From: Octopus sinensis
Taxonomy: Eukaryota
Length of the DNA stretch: 35,795 bases
Direction of reading: 5' to 3'
NCBI RefSeq assembly: GCF_006345805.1
Contig: NW_021826274.1
Span: 1 to 35,795, forward strand
Made by a program: the position numbers and the translations under genes. Numbering within the stretch: the stretch's first letter is position 1; every line of letters begins with the position of its first letter. Positions 24,944-35,795 of the stretch are shown piece after piece. Under the pieces are notes generated by a model, which was not told the origin of the DNA, did not search any database, and worked only from the letters and a program-made list of their open reading frames with translations.

Positions 24944-25459
24944 ATATAATATATATAATATATCGACAAATCCTCCTTCTTTCTTTCCTTTCTTGAGCGT
25001 CCAATAACACTATACTTGTTCCATGTCTTCACGTTGTTGTGTTTTCTCTTTGTTCATGTTTGGATAAACTATATATATATAACTGTGTATGCCAAAAAAA
25101 TAACACATTTTTGAATGATGTCGTTTTCTCATATGCATCATTTGTCTTACATTTAATGAAATATGGCAAGGATTTGAACGAAGTGTGTGAGGAAGAGCAT
25201 GACAATGACCGAAGGGAAGATGACGTTGAAAAACAAAATATCAAGCAATAAACTACTTGACAATGTATGCTAAATAAATTATTTTTAACGTAGACAATTG
25301 AAGAGACCGAAAGAGATTGAGTGAGAGAAAGAGAGAGGCAGAGCTGCAGAGGAAGCAAAATGAAAATGACACAGTGTTCTGGGAAAGACAAAATGTTTTA
25401 GATGGGATGGTACAGCAAGAGTCATGAATGAAGTGTGTGGTGTGTGTGTGTGTGTGTGT

Positions 25460-25519
<60 letters not shown>

Positions 25520-25768
25520 CGAGGGGAAAGACCGAAAAGAGGAAGACTTTGAAAAAAGAAAGCATTAATACATTATATGTGACTGTTAAAATTGACGAAT
25601 ATTTTGCAAATATCTAAAAAAAAAATTGCCTTGAGAGAGAGAGAGGGAGAGAGAGAGGGGGGAGAGATGTGTGTTGCACTAAATAAAAAATTGTTTTCTG
25701 ATTGATAGCAGAGAAAAAGAAAAAATATTTCGAGATTGAAATATTTATGTACTCGGATATTCAGTACT

Positions 25769-26072
25769 GGTGGAGGCACATGGCCTAGTGGTTAGAGCAA
25801 GCGGACTCGCGGTCGAGGGATCGCCGGTTCGAATCTTCGTCTGGGCGATGTGTGTGTTTATGAGCGAAATACCTAAGCAGCTCCGGCAGAAGGTAATGGC
25901 GAACTTCTGCTGACTCTTTCGCCACAACATTCTCTCTCCCTTTCCTTCTGCATCTTGCAGCTCACCTGCGACGGACCGGCGTCCCGTCCAGGTGAAGAAC
26001 CTATACGCCAAGGAAGCCGGGAAACCGGCCCTTATGAGCCAGACATGGTTCGAGAAGTAACAAGCAGCAACA
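25769..26072 (+). mobile_element. tRNA-derived SINE, family D, CpG-rich
   Basis: A-box TGGCCTAGTGG, B-box GGTTCGAATC, 3' module CCTGCGACGGACCGGCGTCCCGTCCAGG, (AAC/AGC)-like tail. Confidence 0.85.
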
Positions 26073-26248
26073 GTATTAAAATTTGTTTGAAAATTATTTT
26101 GATTAAAATATAAATATTAAAGAATTTTTGAGAATTTTATAGACAACGGAAACTCTAACAATTACCATCTTTTACTAAAAATCTACGCAGTTCCAACTAA
26201 ATAATAACCAGCTTTCTCCATCATAGTATACATACATGTGTAGATTCT

Positions 26249-26460
26249 GATTTCAAATTTTGGCTCGAGGCAAGCAGTTTTGGGAGAGGGGATAAAACAA
26301 TTACATCGGCCTCCAGTGCTCAATTGGTATATATTTCATCAACCCAGAAATGATGTAAAGGAAAGGTTACCTCGGCGGCATGTGAACTCAGAATGGAAAA
26401 ACGGACGAAATACTGCAAAACATTTTGACTGGCATGCTAACGATTCTGCCAGCTTGCCGC
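26249..26460 (-). mobile_element. SINE family B, diverged
   Basis: GCTAACGATTCTGCCAGCTTGCCGC is the reverse-complement head; TTTCAAATTTTGGC is the tail. Confidence 0.8.
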
Positions 26461-26686
26461 TCTAAACATGTAAATATTAAGCATATATTTTTATATGGAT
26501 ATATATTGTAGATGTACGCATGGATGGATGTATGTAAATATGTATGTAAATACATATATATATATATATATATATCTATATATATATTATATATATATAT
26601 AGATATACAGTAGAAACTCAGCTTTCGTACAATTCTGATCATGAATAAATCGTACTTTATCTGCTCTTTCTCATATTCATTTAACA

Positions 26687-26733
26687 CAGTAGTACCTCGG
26701 TTTACGAACGCCTCTGATTACGAATAAATCGTG

Positions 26734-26735
<2 letters not shown>
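26687..26735 (+). mobile_element. Possible single pogo/Tigger-like terminal fragment
   Basis: CAGTAGTACCTCGGTTTACGAAC resembles pogo/Tigger TIRs; no partner TIR found. Confidence 0.4.
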
Positions 26736-26736
<1 letters not shown>

Positions 26737-26779
<43 letters not shown>

Positions 26780-26800
26780 TATATACCTTGTCTCTATCTG

Positions 26801-26849
<49 letters not shown>

Positions 26850-27000
26850 ATATCTATCTATCTAACTATCTATCTATCTATCTATGTATGTATATATCTA
26901 TCTATTTACCTATCTATCTATCCATCTATCTGTCTATCTATCTATTTATCTATCTGTGTGTCTGTCTGTCTGTATATGTATATATATATGTATGTATGTA
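26737..27000. repeat. (TA)n/(TATC)n/(TGTC)n microsatellite
   Basis: Directly visible. Confidence 0.95.
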
Positions 27001-27021
27001 TATTTTCATTTTTTCATTTTA

Positions 27022-27064
27022 TCTAGTTTCAGCTCACGAGCTGTGGCCATGCTGGGGCACCGCC
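27022..27064 (-). mobile_element. Isolated retroposon 3' tail related to the SINE A tail
   Basis: Minus strand GGCGGTGCCCCAGCATGGCCACAGCTCGTGAGCTGAAACTAGA. Confidence 0.7.
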
Positions 27065-27151
27065 ATTATACAGATATATATGTACATATATATATATTTC
27101 TTTTTCACATTTGGTTTGCAATATACTTTATGCGAGTCCGTGTGTTGAAGC

Positions 27152-27352
27152 ATATTCTGTTGTGTCGGGGGAGAGTTCATTCACTTTTAGTGCCTTATAA
27201 TTTAACACACTCACCGGCAAAATTTCCACTCATTTACTTATTTATTTATTTATATATTTATATATTTAATAAGTAAACGAGTGCAACTTTTACCGGTGAG
27301 TGTGTAAAATTATAAGGCACTAAAAGAGAATAACTCTCCCCAGACACAACAG

Positions 27353-27357
<5 letters not shown>
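27152..27357. repeat. Inverted repeat with ~90-bp arms (27152-27242 / 27268-27357) in (TA)n
   Basis: For example CTTTTAGTGCCTTATAATTT versus AAATTATAAGGCACTAAAAG; ~55 bp unpaired left extension. Confidence 0.9.
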
Positions 27358-27408
<51 letters not shown>

Positions 27409-27464
27409 TGTATGTATGTATGTATGTATGTATCTATGTATCTATGTATTTATGCGTACACGCA

Positions 27465-27508
<44 letters not shown>

Positions 27509-28426
27509 TATGCGCATATGCATGTATAATATTAGTGAGTCGATATCTATCCTGAAACATTCAGTTTATTAAAATGTCCGAACACAATTCCTTTCCAACA
27601 AAACATGGAATTACAACGGAATTGGATTTTCTATCTAAATAATTCCATGATTGCTTCACTTGGCAGACACGTTCTTCGTTTATTCTTCTGCCTCGTTCTT
27701 TTCTTTCTTTTTCTTTTCTTTTCTTTTCTTTCTTTTCGCTATCTTCTTCATATTCTAGTTTTTGTATTGTTGTACGTTTCCACACTGTGTCCTTTATTCA
27801 AATATTCCCAAACGTACCTTTTTTTATTTCCATAGATCACAGAAAAGAAACTATATTATATAGTTCCCAACCTTCCCATCAAACCGTAACCATTCTTCTT
27901 CCATTGTGTTTTCGAACAAACAAATGTCGCAAATTCCTCTCTTTCTCTTTTTTTCCTTCTCTTTCTTTTTTTTTCTTCGTTCTTTCTTTCCTTCCTTCTA
28001 ACGTCGTCACATACCCTTGATTTTCATCAAGAACTAACATATGAAGAAGATGGCTGACTAAAACGATCGCTATCTAAACGCAACATTCCTTCTTCGTCTA
28101 AACACTGCTGCAAGCCGGAATTCTTCAACTTTTAGCACAGCGAAGTGGAAATAAAACGAAATCGTATTGTTCCTTTCTCTCTTTCTCTTGTATTATTATT
28201 TATTGTTATTATCTTTTCATTATTTATTTTCTTATTTATTTCAGTTTTTCTTTTCGCTTTTTCTCCCCAAGAGAAGTCAGTGACATTAAACCGTCTGAAG
28301 AAACATTAGCCATTTTCGCATTGTCATAAAATTCTCATAAAATTTACTAATTGTTTTGAAAACCCAAACTGTTTAGATCATTTAACCCATTATCTCCGAA
28401 AATCCTACTCATCATCTTGTATTTTT

Positions 28427-28494
<68 letters not shown>

Positions 28495-28509
28495 TTATTA
28501 TTATTATTA

Positions 28510-28555
<46 letters not shown>
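28427..28555. repeat. (TAC)n then (TAT)n trinucleotide array
   Basis: Directly visible. Confidence 0.97.
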
Positions 28556-28758
28556 TCTTTCGACCAAGTAGTTTGTAGATTGTTTTTCAGGAATCTTCTA
28601 TTCTCTTTCTACTAAAAATAATAGGCAAAACCCTTCGTTTGTACTATTGTGTATATTGTTGATCTTATTGTCATTAGTTTTGTTATTTTTTACCCTTCCC
28701 CTCCATCACCATTCTCTTTTTTTCCTTCTACACATCTCTAAGAATGTCGGTAACGTAC

Positions 28759-28900
28759 CGTTTTTTTTTTTTCGTTTATTCCTCCACTCCACGCCGTCTC
28801 AACTTTCTTGCTAACACTGATGGTGTTGTTCAGTGCAGGTGGTGTACTGGGTTAGCTGCGCACTTCCGGTGCTAAGCCACCGAATCAACACGTGCGCAGG
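28759..28900 (-). promoter_or_regulatory. Candidate Pol II promoter and short first exon
   Basis: GC/CpG-rich patch not repeated elsewhere in the window: CACGTG (28889-28894), ETS-like ACCGGAAGTG (28870-28861), two TGCGCA, Inr-like TCAGT (~28820) and a donor-like G|GTACGT at 28759/28758. Motif evidence only. Confidence 0.3.
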
Positions 28901-29199
28901 GGTTGAAAGGAATAAATAGTACGCGTTCTTTTACTTTCTTTTTCTTCTTTTTTTCTTTTCTTGCATTTTCCTTTAGTAAGCCTTTATTATGAGAATTATT
29001 TCGCATTGCCATTTTTTACTTCTCTTTTAAAGTTCCTATACCATCCTATTGTCATCACCAATAACAACTTTCGACGTTGTCATCTCAGCATAATTTGTTT
29101 TTGTCTTTTTATCTTCTCTAACTGCTAACCGTAACCGACATTATTAACATAAACACACATGTCTATAAACGATTAGAAAAAAGAATATATATATTTACT

Positions 29200-29414
29200 A
29201 ACCCCATTGCATGGCCCCTCCAGTAACTAAATATTTTCTTCCATAGCTCCGGGCCGACTATTGCGTTAGGAGTAAATTTAACAGAAGGAAACTGCGTGGA
29301 AGTATACATAAGTACAGACAAACAGACGGACAGACAGACAGACTGATAGATAGGTATAATGGATGGATGTATGGATGTACAAACAGACAGACAAATAAAT
29401 GGAAAGAGACACAT

Positions 29415-29473
<59 letters not shown>

Positions 29474-29603
29474 TTCCTGTCGAATTTTATCCCCTATTTT
29501 TGTGGTTATAGAACCTAGCTGTTCTTTCTAGCGTGTAGAATCCCTATAAGTGGATTCCTTATGTGTTTAAATATACACGATATCGATAGATAGATAGATA
29601 GAT

Positions 29604-29653
<50 letters not shown>

Positions 29654-29940
29654 GAATGGATGGCTGACAGGCTGGATGGCTAGCTAGCTATAGACATAGA
29701 TGCGTATGTATATGCATATGTACATATATGTGTGCCTGTGTTTTTGCGTTCGTATACTCCACTCCTGGTTGATAACAGATATTGGATTAATTACATCACC
29801 CTAATCCATCGGTTTGGCAAATGAGACTGCCAAAACGAATGCCTTTGAAAAATAGCTCTGGGGCCGATTAATACGACTAAACCCTTCCGGTTTGATCGTA
29901 CTTCAAAGATCGAAACGGATGTAAGTGTAAAAAAATAAAA
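29200..29940 (+). mobile_element. Old SINE family A copy split by an expanded central microsatellite
   Basis: ATAGCTCCGGGCCGAC...GGAAACTG (~29243-29294) matches the 5' half; CGGTTTGGCAAATGAGAC...TGGGGCCGATT..CGACTAAA (~29810-29881) matches the 3' half. Confidence 0.65.
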
Positions 29941-30373
29941 GAATAATGAAGAATTAGATCTGATCAAAATAGAAATTGATGTTGCTGTTGCTGTTATTGA
30001 TTTTAATAAACATCAGACCAACTTGAATAGTACAAGTGTTTCGAAACCTCAGTTTATCTGTGGCCAGTTCGCATGTTCAAACATGGTTTATCCAACTGCA
30101 CTTAATTATATTAACTAAAATAGTTAGCTTCGTTGTAAAAGTTATTGATATTTCTTGCAGATCAAGAAATCAGGTAGAGATCCTAACGCTGTAGTGCTTA
30201 ATTTGGTTGATAAAAAAAACTCTAACCAATGTCTCAGAATCATTGTCTTCATATATTCTCATGATTACCACGATTGTACCACTATCAATAATATTCATGT
30301 TTAAATATAATGAATTTCTACTCTTCAAAGTTAGTGAGTAACCCATCAGATTATATATATATATATATATACA

Positions 30374-30796
30374 CCTATTATATAAAATCCGTTCTGTCTG
30401 TCTGTCTGTATGTGTGTGTCTTCTAGGATCTCGGGCATCCTCTATCGGATTGCGCTCAAATTTGATATGTAAATAACAACGGTATCAGGGCGTGTATAAG
30501 TCTTGAGAAAATTTACAAAAATCGATTCCAGGTGAAAATGCGATCGATAAAGCCGTGGGAACGTGCATTTGTACGCGCAAGTACATCAGCTGTTGCGATC
30601 GATACTACGCGTACGTGAGAAAAATGCACGTGCAGTTTGCGCAAAAAAGTCGGCCTGTTTGGTGTCTCAAATTTAGGTTAAATCAATGTTTCTCTAAGGG
30701 GAAGCCTATGGGACGGTCGGACAAGTTGTTTTGAGAAAATTCGGTTTAAATGTTTGACAACTCAGCACCGTCCATTGGACAGGTGGCGTTTTGCTC

Positions 30797-30798
<2 letters not shown>
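30374..30798 (+). mobile_element. Non-autonomous Helitron-like element
   Basis: 5' CCTATTATATAAAAT followed by (CTGT)n and CGGATT...CAAATTTG; 3' GC-rich hairpin CACCGTCC-ATT-GGACAGGTG (30766-30785) just before CTCG|T (CTAG-like); inserted between A and T. Confidence 0.6.
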
Positions 30799-30832
<34 letters not shown>

Positions 30833-30838
<6 letters not shown>

Positions 30839-31146
30839 AACGTACTTACTCGTCTCCAATTATTGTAGAATCGCCACTATTTGTGGCGATACTTGTTTAC
30901 ACTATAACCATGTAGTACCAGTAAACATATAACAAAGCTGGGTAACAGTAACGTAACAATCCAACAAACGCTCCACGAACTATACACGAACCAGCAAACG
31001 ATATTCCGACAATCTATCAAAACGACACCTTACGACTTCCTGCGATTAACGCCTACTCTTCCTGTCCCTCACTCAGATCGCTACTATTTATGATCCTTCG
31101 GTCAAATCTATTCTCGCAGGGGGTGTCGTGACTCTCGCCCACAACA
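30833..31146 (-). repeat. 3' LTR (~314 bp)
   Basis: Minus strand TGTTGTG...CGTTACAATA with imperfect terminal inverted repeats; TATA-like CATAAATA; preceded by a PPT. Confidence 0.75.
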
Positions 31147-31274
31147 GCTCTTCTTTTGAGATTTCAACTTCCGTAGGGAACGAAATTGATTTTATTTCAT
31201 GTTTTTCTTTCTTTCTTTCTTTCCAACACCTCTCCTTTTTTGAAATGTTCACATGATGAACTTCCCTAAGGAGT

Positions 31275-32245
31275 TCAGTACCTTTTCCGCTTAGGAATTA
31301 TTTACAGTCTGTTTGCGTTTTCTGTTACTTCTCCTCCTAGGCTCAATCTCTTTCAGTACTGGCACATCGAGCATGCTACCATTGGAATTTCCTTTCTTTT
31401 TCTGTAAGGCTGCTTTTTAATTGATTTAGTTGTCATTCATGCTCCCATCGTTGGCTTTTTTTTATGAAATACACCATCTTTCCAATCCTTTTAGTCACTA
31501 CACCATCCTGCAAACTCTCTTTACTGTTCTTGTATACTTTGAAATAGACTTTGTCTCCGACATCAAAATGTTTAGTCGAATTTCTTTGTATTTTCTCTAT
31601 ACGTTTTTTCCTTTGGCAACAATTCGTCGATTCTCAATTTAATCCTTCAAGAATTATGGGGTGTTCCCATAAGTCAAACAACTCCAACCAGTCCGTACCG
31701 AACAAATTGGTTGCGTTTTTTTACCACGAAAACTTTTGCCCTACAGGTTTTTCCTCGAAATATATCACTCCACATTTCACCTACGAAGCGTAGGTTTTCA
31801 CCTGTCAAGCATCGTGCAATAGTTGATGTTTTTCTTATCGTAGGTTTCCCAATTCTTATCCACGTGTCGATATTAATAATCGAGATGCCGCTACCAATAT
31901 CTGGTTGTAATTTAATATTCAATTCGTTTATTTTTACATGTACCAATTTCTTTTTTTCGGTGTCGCTTCTGTTTTGTGTCGAGAAAACTTCCTAATTTTG
32001 TTCTGCAATGTGAGTTTTTGTGTCCTAGTTTTGGGATACTGTAACAATTTTGGATTTTGAAAGAACAATCCTTCCACATCTGTAGCATGGGTTTGGTCTT
32101 GAATGTTCTTTTTGTTTTGTTTAGACCTTCCCGGTCCACATGCTCGTACTTATGAGAACTCCTCTTCAATTTTCTTTACGTCCTGACATAAGTTTACCAT
32201 TCTTTGATATAACTCTGCAATTGTATGCAGAGTTAAGCTTTGGTC
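31275..32245 (-). pseudogene. Gypsy gag (zinc knuckles), aspartic protease and integrase C-terminus relics; RT and RNase H absent
   Basis: LTLHTIAELYQRMVNL (gag), PCYRCG..DCSFK..CYS..KLGHKNSHC (CCHC remnants), KLQPDIGSGISII (degenerate DTG site), FGTDWLELFDLW, then FDVGDKVYFKVYKN...KRIGKMVY...LNQLK...PKRKRY*. Confidence 0.85.
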
Positions 32246-32378
32246 ATTCGGTCAAGTCTATTCTCGCAGGTGGTGTCGTGACTCTCGTCACAACATACAT
32301 ACACACACATTACATTACACGTACATGCACCTGATGAATATAAACATATATGTTAAACGAATATGTAAATGAACATAT

Positions 32379-32415
<37 letters not shown>

Positions 32416-32419
32416 GTAT

Positions 32420-32454
<35 letters not shown>

Positions 32455-32509
32455 TATATTGATAAACAAAAGAATGAACAGACCTCGATATTATGTAAAT
32501 AGAGGAATT

Positions 32510-32589
32510 TATCTGTAAGAGTAATATGTCATTATTCGGTAGCCATGATAAGACTATCGAATAATAGCCACCTATTACTTTTACAGATA
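32510..32589. repeat. Imperfect fold-back in a TA-flanked cassette (32459-32589)
   Basis: TATCTGTAAGAGTAATA/TATTACTTTTACAGATA and ATTATTCGGTAG/CTATCGAATAAT. Confidence 0.8.
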
Positions 32590-32597
32590 TATATATA

Positions 32598-32643
<46 letters not shown>

Positions 32644-33154
32644 GTGCATATAGTATGTGTATGTGTGTGTGTGTCTGTAGTGTGGTTATATGTCTGTGTG
32701 AAAGGGTGTACGTGTTAATAAGCTTGAAGTATTAGGTATAAATGAGATATATTTCATATCTGTCGGTGTTGCAATTATTTATGCTACAACTGTGCGAATA
32801 CGTATTCTTTTTAGAAATTTATAGGTCTCAGAACATTACACGACGCACATTCTGAAGTACTATGTTATAAAGTACTATATATATAAATTAGAGAAAACCA
32901 CCTTTTATCAATTCAAAATGAACAATTAAATTACACCATCTAGAAAATTACTTATAATACAAATATTATATATAAAATAACAATAAAATATCGATGATTA
33001 AGTAAATTGCAAAACAATAAATAAAACGTATGTATTTGGAATATATTATCATTATCTATATATATACATATATATATATTTTGTGTGTTTATATATATAA
33101 AAGAAACACGTTAAAAATAATGGTCATTACATATAATTCCCTTATTACGGAAAA

Positions 33155-33281
33155 TTTGCCTACAGCTGTTTCTAGTAGTCATTATATATACATTCCTGAT
33201 AGGTTTACTCAATTGGTCTATTGATCAACTGAGGTAAATTGAACGCCCTGAGAAAATTAATGCTGCTTTCATCAGAACCAA
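33155..33281 (-). ncRNA. Type-I hammerhead-like ribozyme with extended stem II and palindromic stem III
   Basis: Minus strand TTGGTT-CTGATGA(33275-33269)-AAGCAGCATTA...TAATGACTACTA-GAAA-CAGCT-GTA(33161)-GGCAAA; inner hairpin TTTACCTCAGTTGATC/GACCAATTGAGTAAA. Confidence 0.65.
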
Positions 33282-33799
33282 TGCCGGAAATAGCATATAT
33301 ATATACATATATAAACTATTCATATTGGTCTACATACAATTACATACTAAAATGTATATGACGTTATACATGAAAATAAATTATTTAATTTTAATTTTAT
33401 TCCTAGTGTTTGAAATATTTTTATAATGAGAACTGAGCAGTAACAAAAAGGGGAAATAACCTTACTGCCAGAAAGATGAAAACAAGTGGTGAAAACATGA
33501 TGTAGTGAAAGTGTTAATGATATCATACACTTAACCCTCGTTCCGAATATTCGTTCATCGTTATATAGAAACATGCATACGTCGTGCAATTCGTTCTATA
33601 TAAAGAAATAAACATGGAATTTCTCATTGCCATCTTGCAATCCTTATCATTGTTGACGGAAATTACTGCTACACCTTATAATAGATTAAGATAACTGCTA
33701 CTCATTAGATGTTGGATCCATCTTAACCGGAAGAAAACTTCAACGATATGAAGCATAATCTTCTGGGCAAGAAGGACAGTTACACACACATAAACATAG

Positions 33800-34230
33800 G
33801 CACATTTTTATATCTATGTATATACATATAAATGTATTTGTATGTATTGTGTATATATTTATGTCTATATATATATACATGTACACATACATACATACCT
33901 ACATATACATAGATGGATGGATGGATGGATCGATGGATAGACAGATAGATAGATAGATTGATTGATAGATAGACAGACATAAAGGTGGATACACACACAC
34001 ATACGTGTATGCATTTATGTGTTGAAAATATGATCTATCTGTACATGCATCATCTCTATTCATATGTTTATATATGTATGTAGTATGTATGTGTGCATGT
34101 ATGCATACATATACCTATGCATATGTATACATATATATATATATGTAGTATGCACGTTTGTATGTATGTAGGCATATGTATGCATATAATATGGTATTAT
34201 ATATATACATATATATGTATATATCTATAT

Positions 34231-34264
<34 letters not shown>

Positions 34265-34363
34265 CTATATATATATTTATTATATATATATAGATGTATA
34301 CACGTAAGAGAATAAATATAAATCAATAGAGTGAGAAAAGAGAGAAATAAAGATAGAACAGGG

Positions 34364-34405
<42 letters not shown>
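33800..34405. repeat. Compound TA/GATG/GATA/GA microsatellite region
   Basis: Directly visible. Confidence 0.9.
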
Positions 34406-34408
<3 letters not shown>

Positions 34409-35373
34409 ACAGACTCAGATAGAGAAGGAAGGGACGAGAGAAAGTGTGAAAATGATGGAAAACGAAAGAAATTTGTGTAATAGCTGTTTCTGCAGCAACT
34501 GGCAGCGCCAATTTAGAAATGCGTTAATTGAATTGCGAGCTGGCCTTGCAGGAGAAAGGGACTCTCTTTGAACAATGACCAGGGCTAACTTATTGCCAGT
34601 GTCAAAATAATAAGAACGCTTTGCAGCTTCAAAGAACCAGCAGATATTACATTTGCTACGTTCGTTTTCCTAAATTTAGTGCCTGATATTAAGTGAAATG
34701 GAGAGGGCGCCACACAAACTAATAAATATTTGAGTCATAATCTAAATGCATAATTTGTTATTTTGAGAATAGTATAACTTAACTACGTGTCAAATGGATG
34801 TAAACCGCCATATTGCTGGTTGGCATAACTTTGAAAAACAATATGAATAAAATAAATATTGCCATGTAGATTTCTTATGGCAAGTGTAAATGTTATGTAA
34901 TAATGATATGATTAATGTTGGTTCATTCGATTTTTTATATTATTTGTACGAGCCTGTGTGTATGTGTGTGTGCGTGTGTGTATGTGTATGCATGTTTCGT
35001 GTTACGTATGTTTGGAGTTTTGTGCTTTAGTGTTGTGTTTTGTTTGTTTGTATAAAGAAGACAGTGCAACTTGGCTCTTCTTGTGGGGTCTGTCTATTAT
35101 ATTCCTTTCGCGTGTGTGTTTTTGTGTGTATATTATTTTTTTTCCATTTTTGTTTTTTTTTTCTCCTTTCTTCCCTTGTATCCGACTTGTACTTGCTGCC
35201 CTTTATCTATGGTGTCATAGTTTAGCACTACCGTTGGCTGGTCCTTTATCTTACAGACAGCGGCAGACATACACATACACAGAAGAATACACACACATAC
35301 GCACACAGATATTTCACATATATGAGTTCATATATGTACACACCACACACATTGTAATATAATACGTATATAT

Positions 35374-35374
<1 letters not shown>

Positions 35375-35433
<59 letters not shown>

Positions 35434-35525
35434 CATAACGTGTGCGCGAGTGCGTGTACTGCATATACATTTAATACATATATATATAATATATTATATA
35501 TATATATATATAGATAGATAGATAT

Positions 35526-35563
<38 letters not shown>

Positions 35564-35575
35564 GATAGATAGATA

Positions 35576-35605
<30 letters not shown>
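35375..35605. repeat. (TA)n and (GATA)n microsatellites
   Basis: Directly visible. Confidence 0.95.
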
Positions 35606-35606
<1 letters not shown>

Positions 35607-35795
35607 TGAAGATTTGTATGAGTTTTATAAAGAAAAAAGATTAGACTCTATGAGAAGTGTACTGAATCTGCGACTCAGTTTCGATTGCTTGTTGAAACCA
35701 ATTAACTTCATTTATGTATGTCAATATCTTGTTTGACGCCTAATAAATATGAAGCTATGTTATTCAGTCTAAAATCAGCATAAATACATTTTCTG

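Larger units (their letters stand above)
30833..32295 (-). mobile_element. Internally deleted Ty3/Gypsy LTR retrotransposon
   Basis: Direct repeat 31097-31146 / 32247-32295 starting TGTTGTG on the minus strand; purine tract AAAAGAAGAG before the 3' LTR; gag, protease and integrase-tail relics in between. Confidence 0.85.

Noticed and set aside
25772-25850. Possible tRNA genes (also 17485-17555, 21751-21815)
   Set aside because: A and B boxes are present but the acceptor and anticodon stems are poor, and the sequence runs into SINE bodies without a T-run terminator.
30161-30173. Possible 13-nt microexon (TTTCTTGCAG|ATCAAGAAATCAG|GTAGAG)
   Set aside because: Weak donor, non-triplet length and no neighbouring exons identified; expected by chance.
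32330-32360. CTGATGA just after the Gypsy element
   Set aside because: No stem II or GAAA partner follows.

Overview
AT-rich, microsatellite-saturated eukaryotic non-coding DNA. The SINE and repeat complement looks like an octopus (coleoid cephalopod) genome; this is recalled resemblance, not a database result. No intact host gene is visible, and almost all track ORFs are read-throughs of (TA)n, (CA)n, (GATA)n or trinucleotide repeats. The protein-coding relics are all from retroelements: a decayed Penelope-like element (RT C-terminus plus GIY-YIG, +, ~2.8-4.2 kb), a young 5'-truncated L1/Tx1-clade LINE inside a (GATA)n array (-, 13.0-14.6 kb), an old RTE-clade LINE fragment (-, ~20.4-21.1 kb) and a doubly deleted Ty3/Gypsy LTR element (-, 30.8-32.3 kb). 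There are also at least four tRNA-derived SINE families (labelled A-D here), mariner-type MITEs and a non-autonomous Helitron-like element. The most interesting signals are (i) three type-I hammerhead-ribozyme-like motifs, one downstream of the Penelope ORF and two in short non-coding cassettes embedded in (TA)n, (ii) a recurring class of asymmetric fold-back cassettes in (TA)n tracts, and (iii) a 4 x 184 bp tandem array of A-box-less SINE units bracketed by inverted SINE heads.
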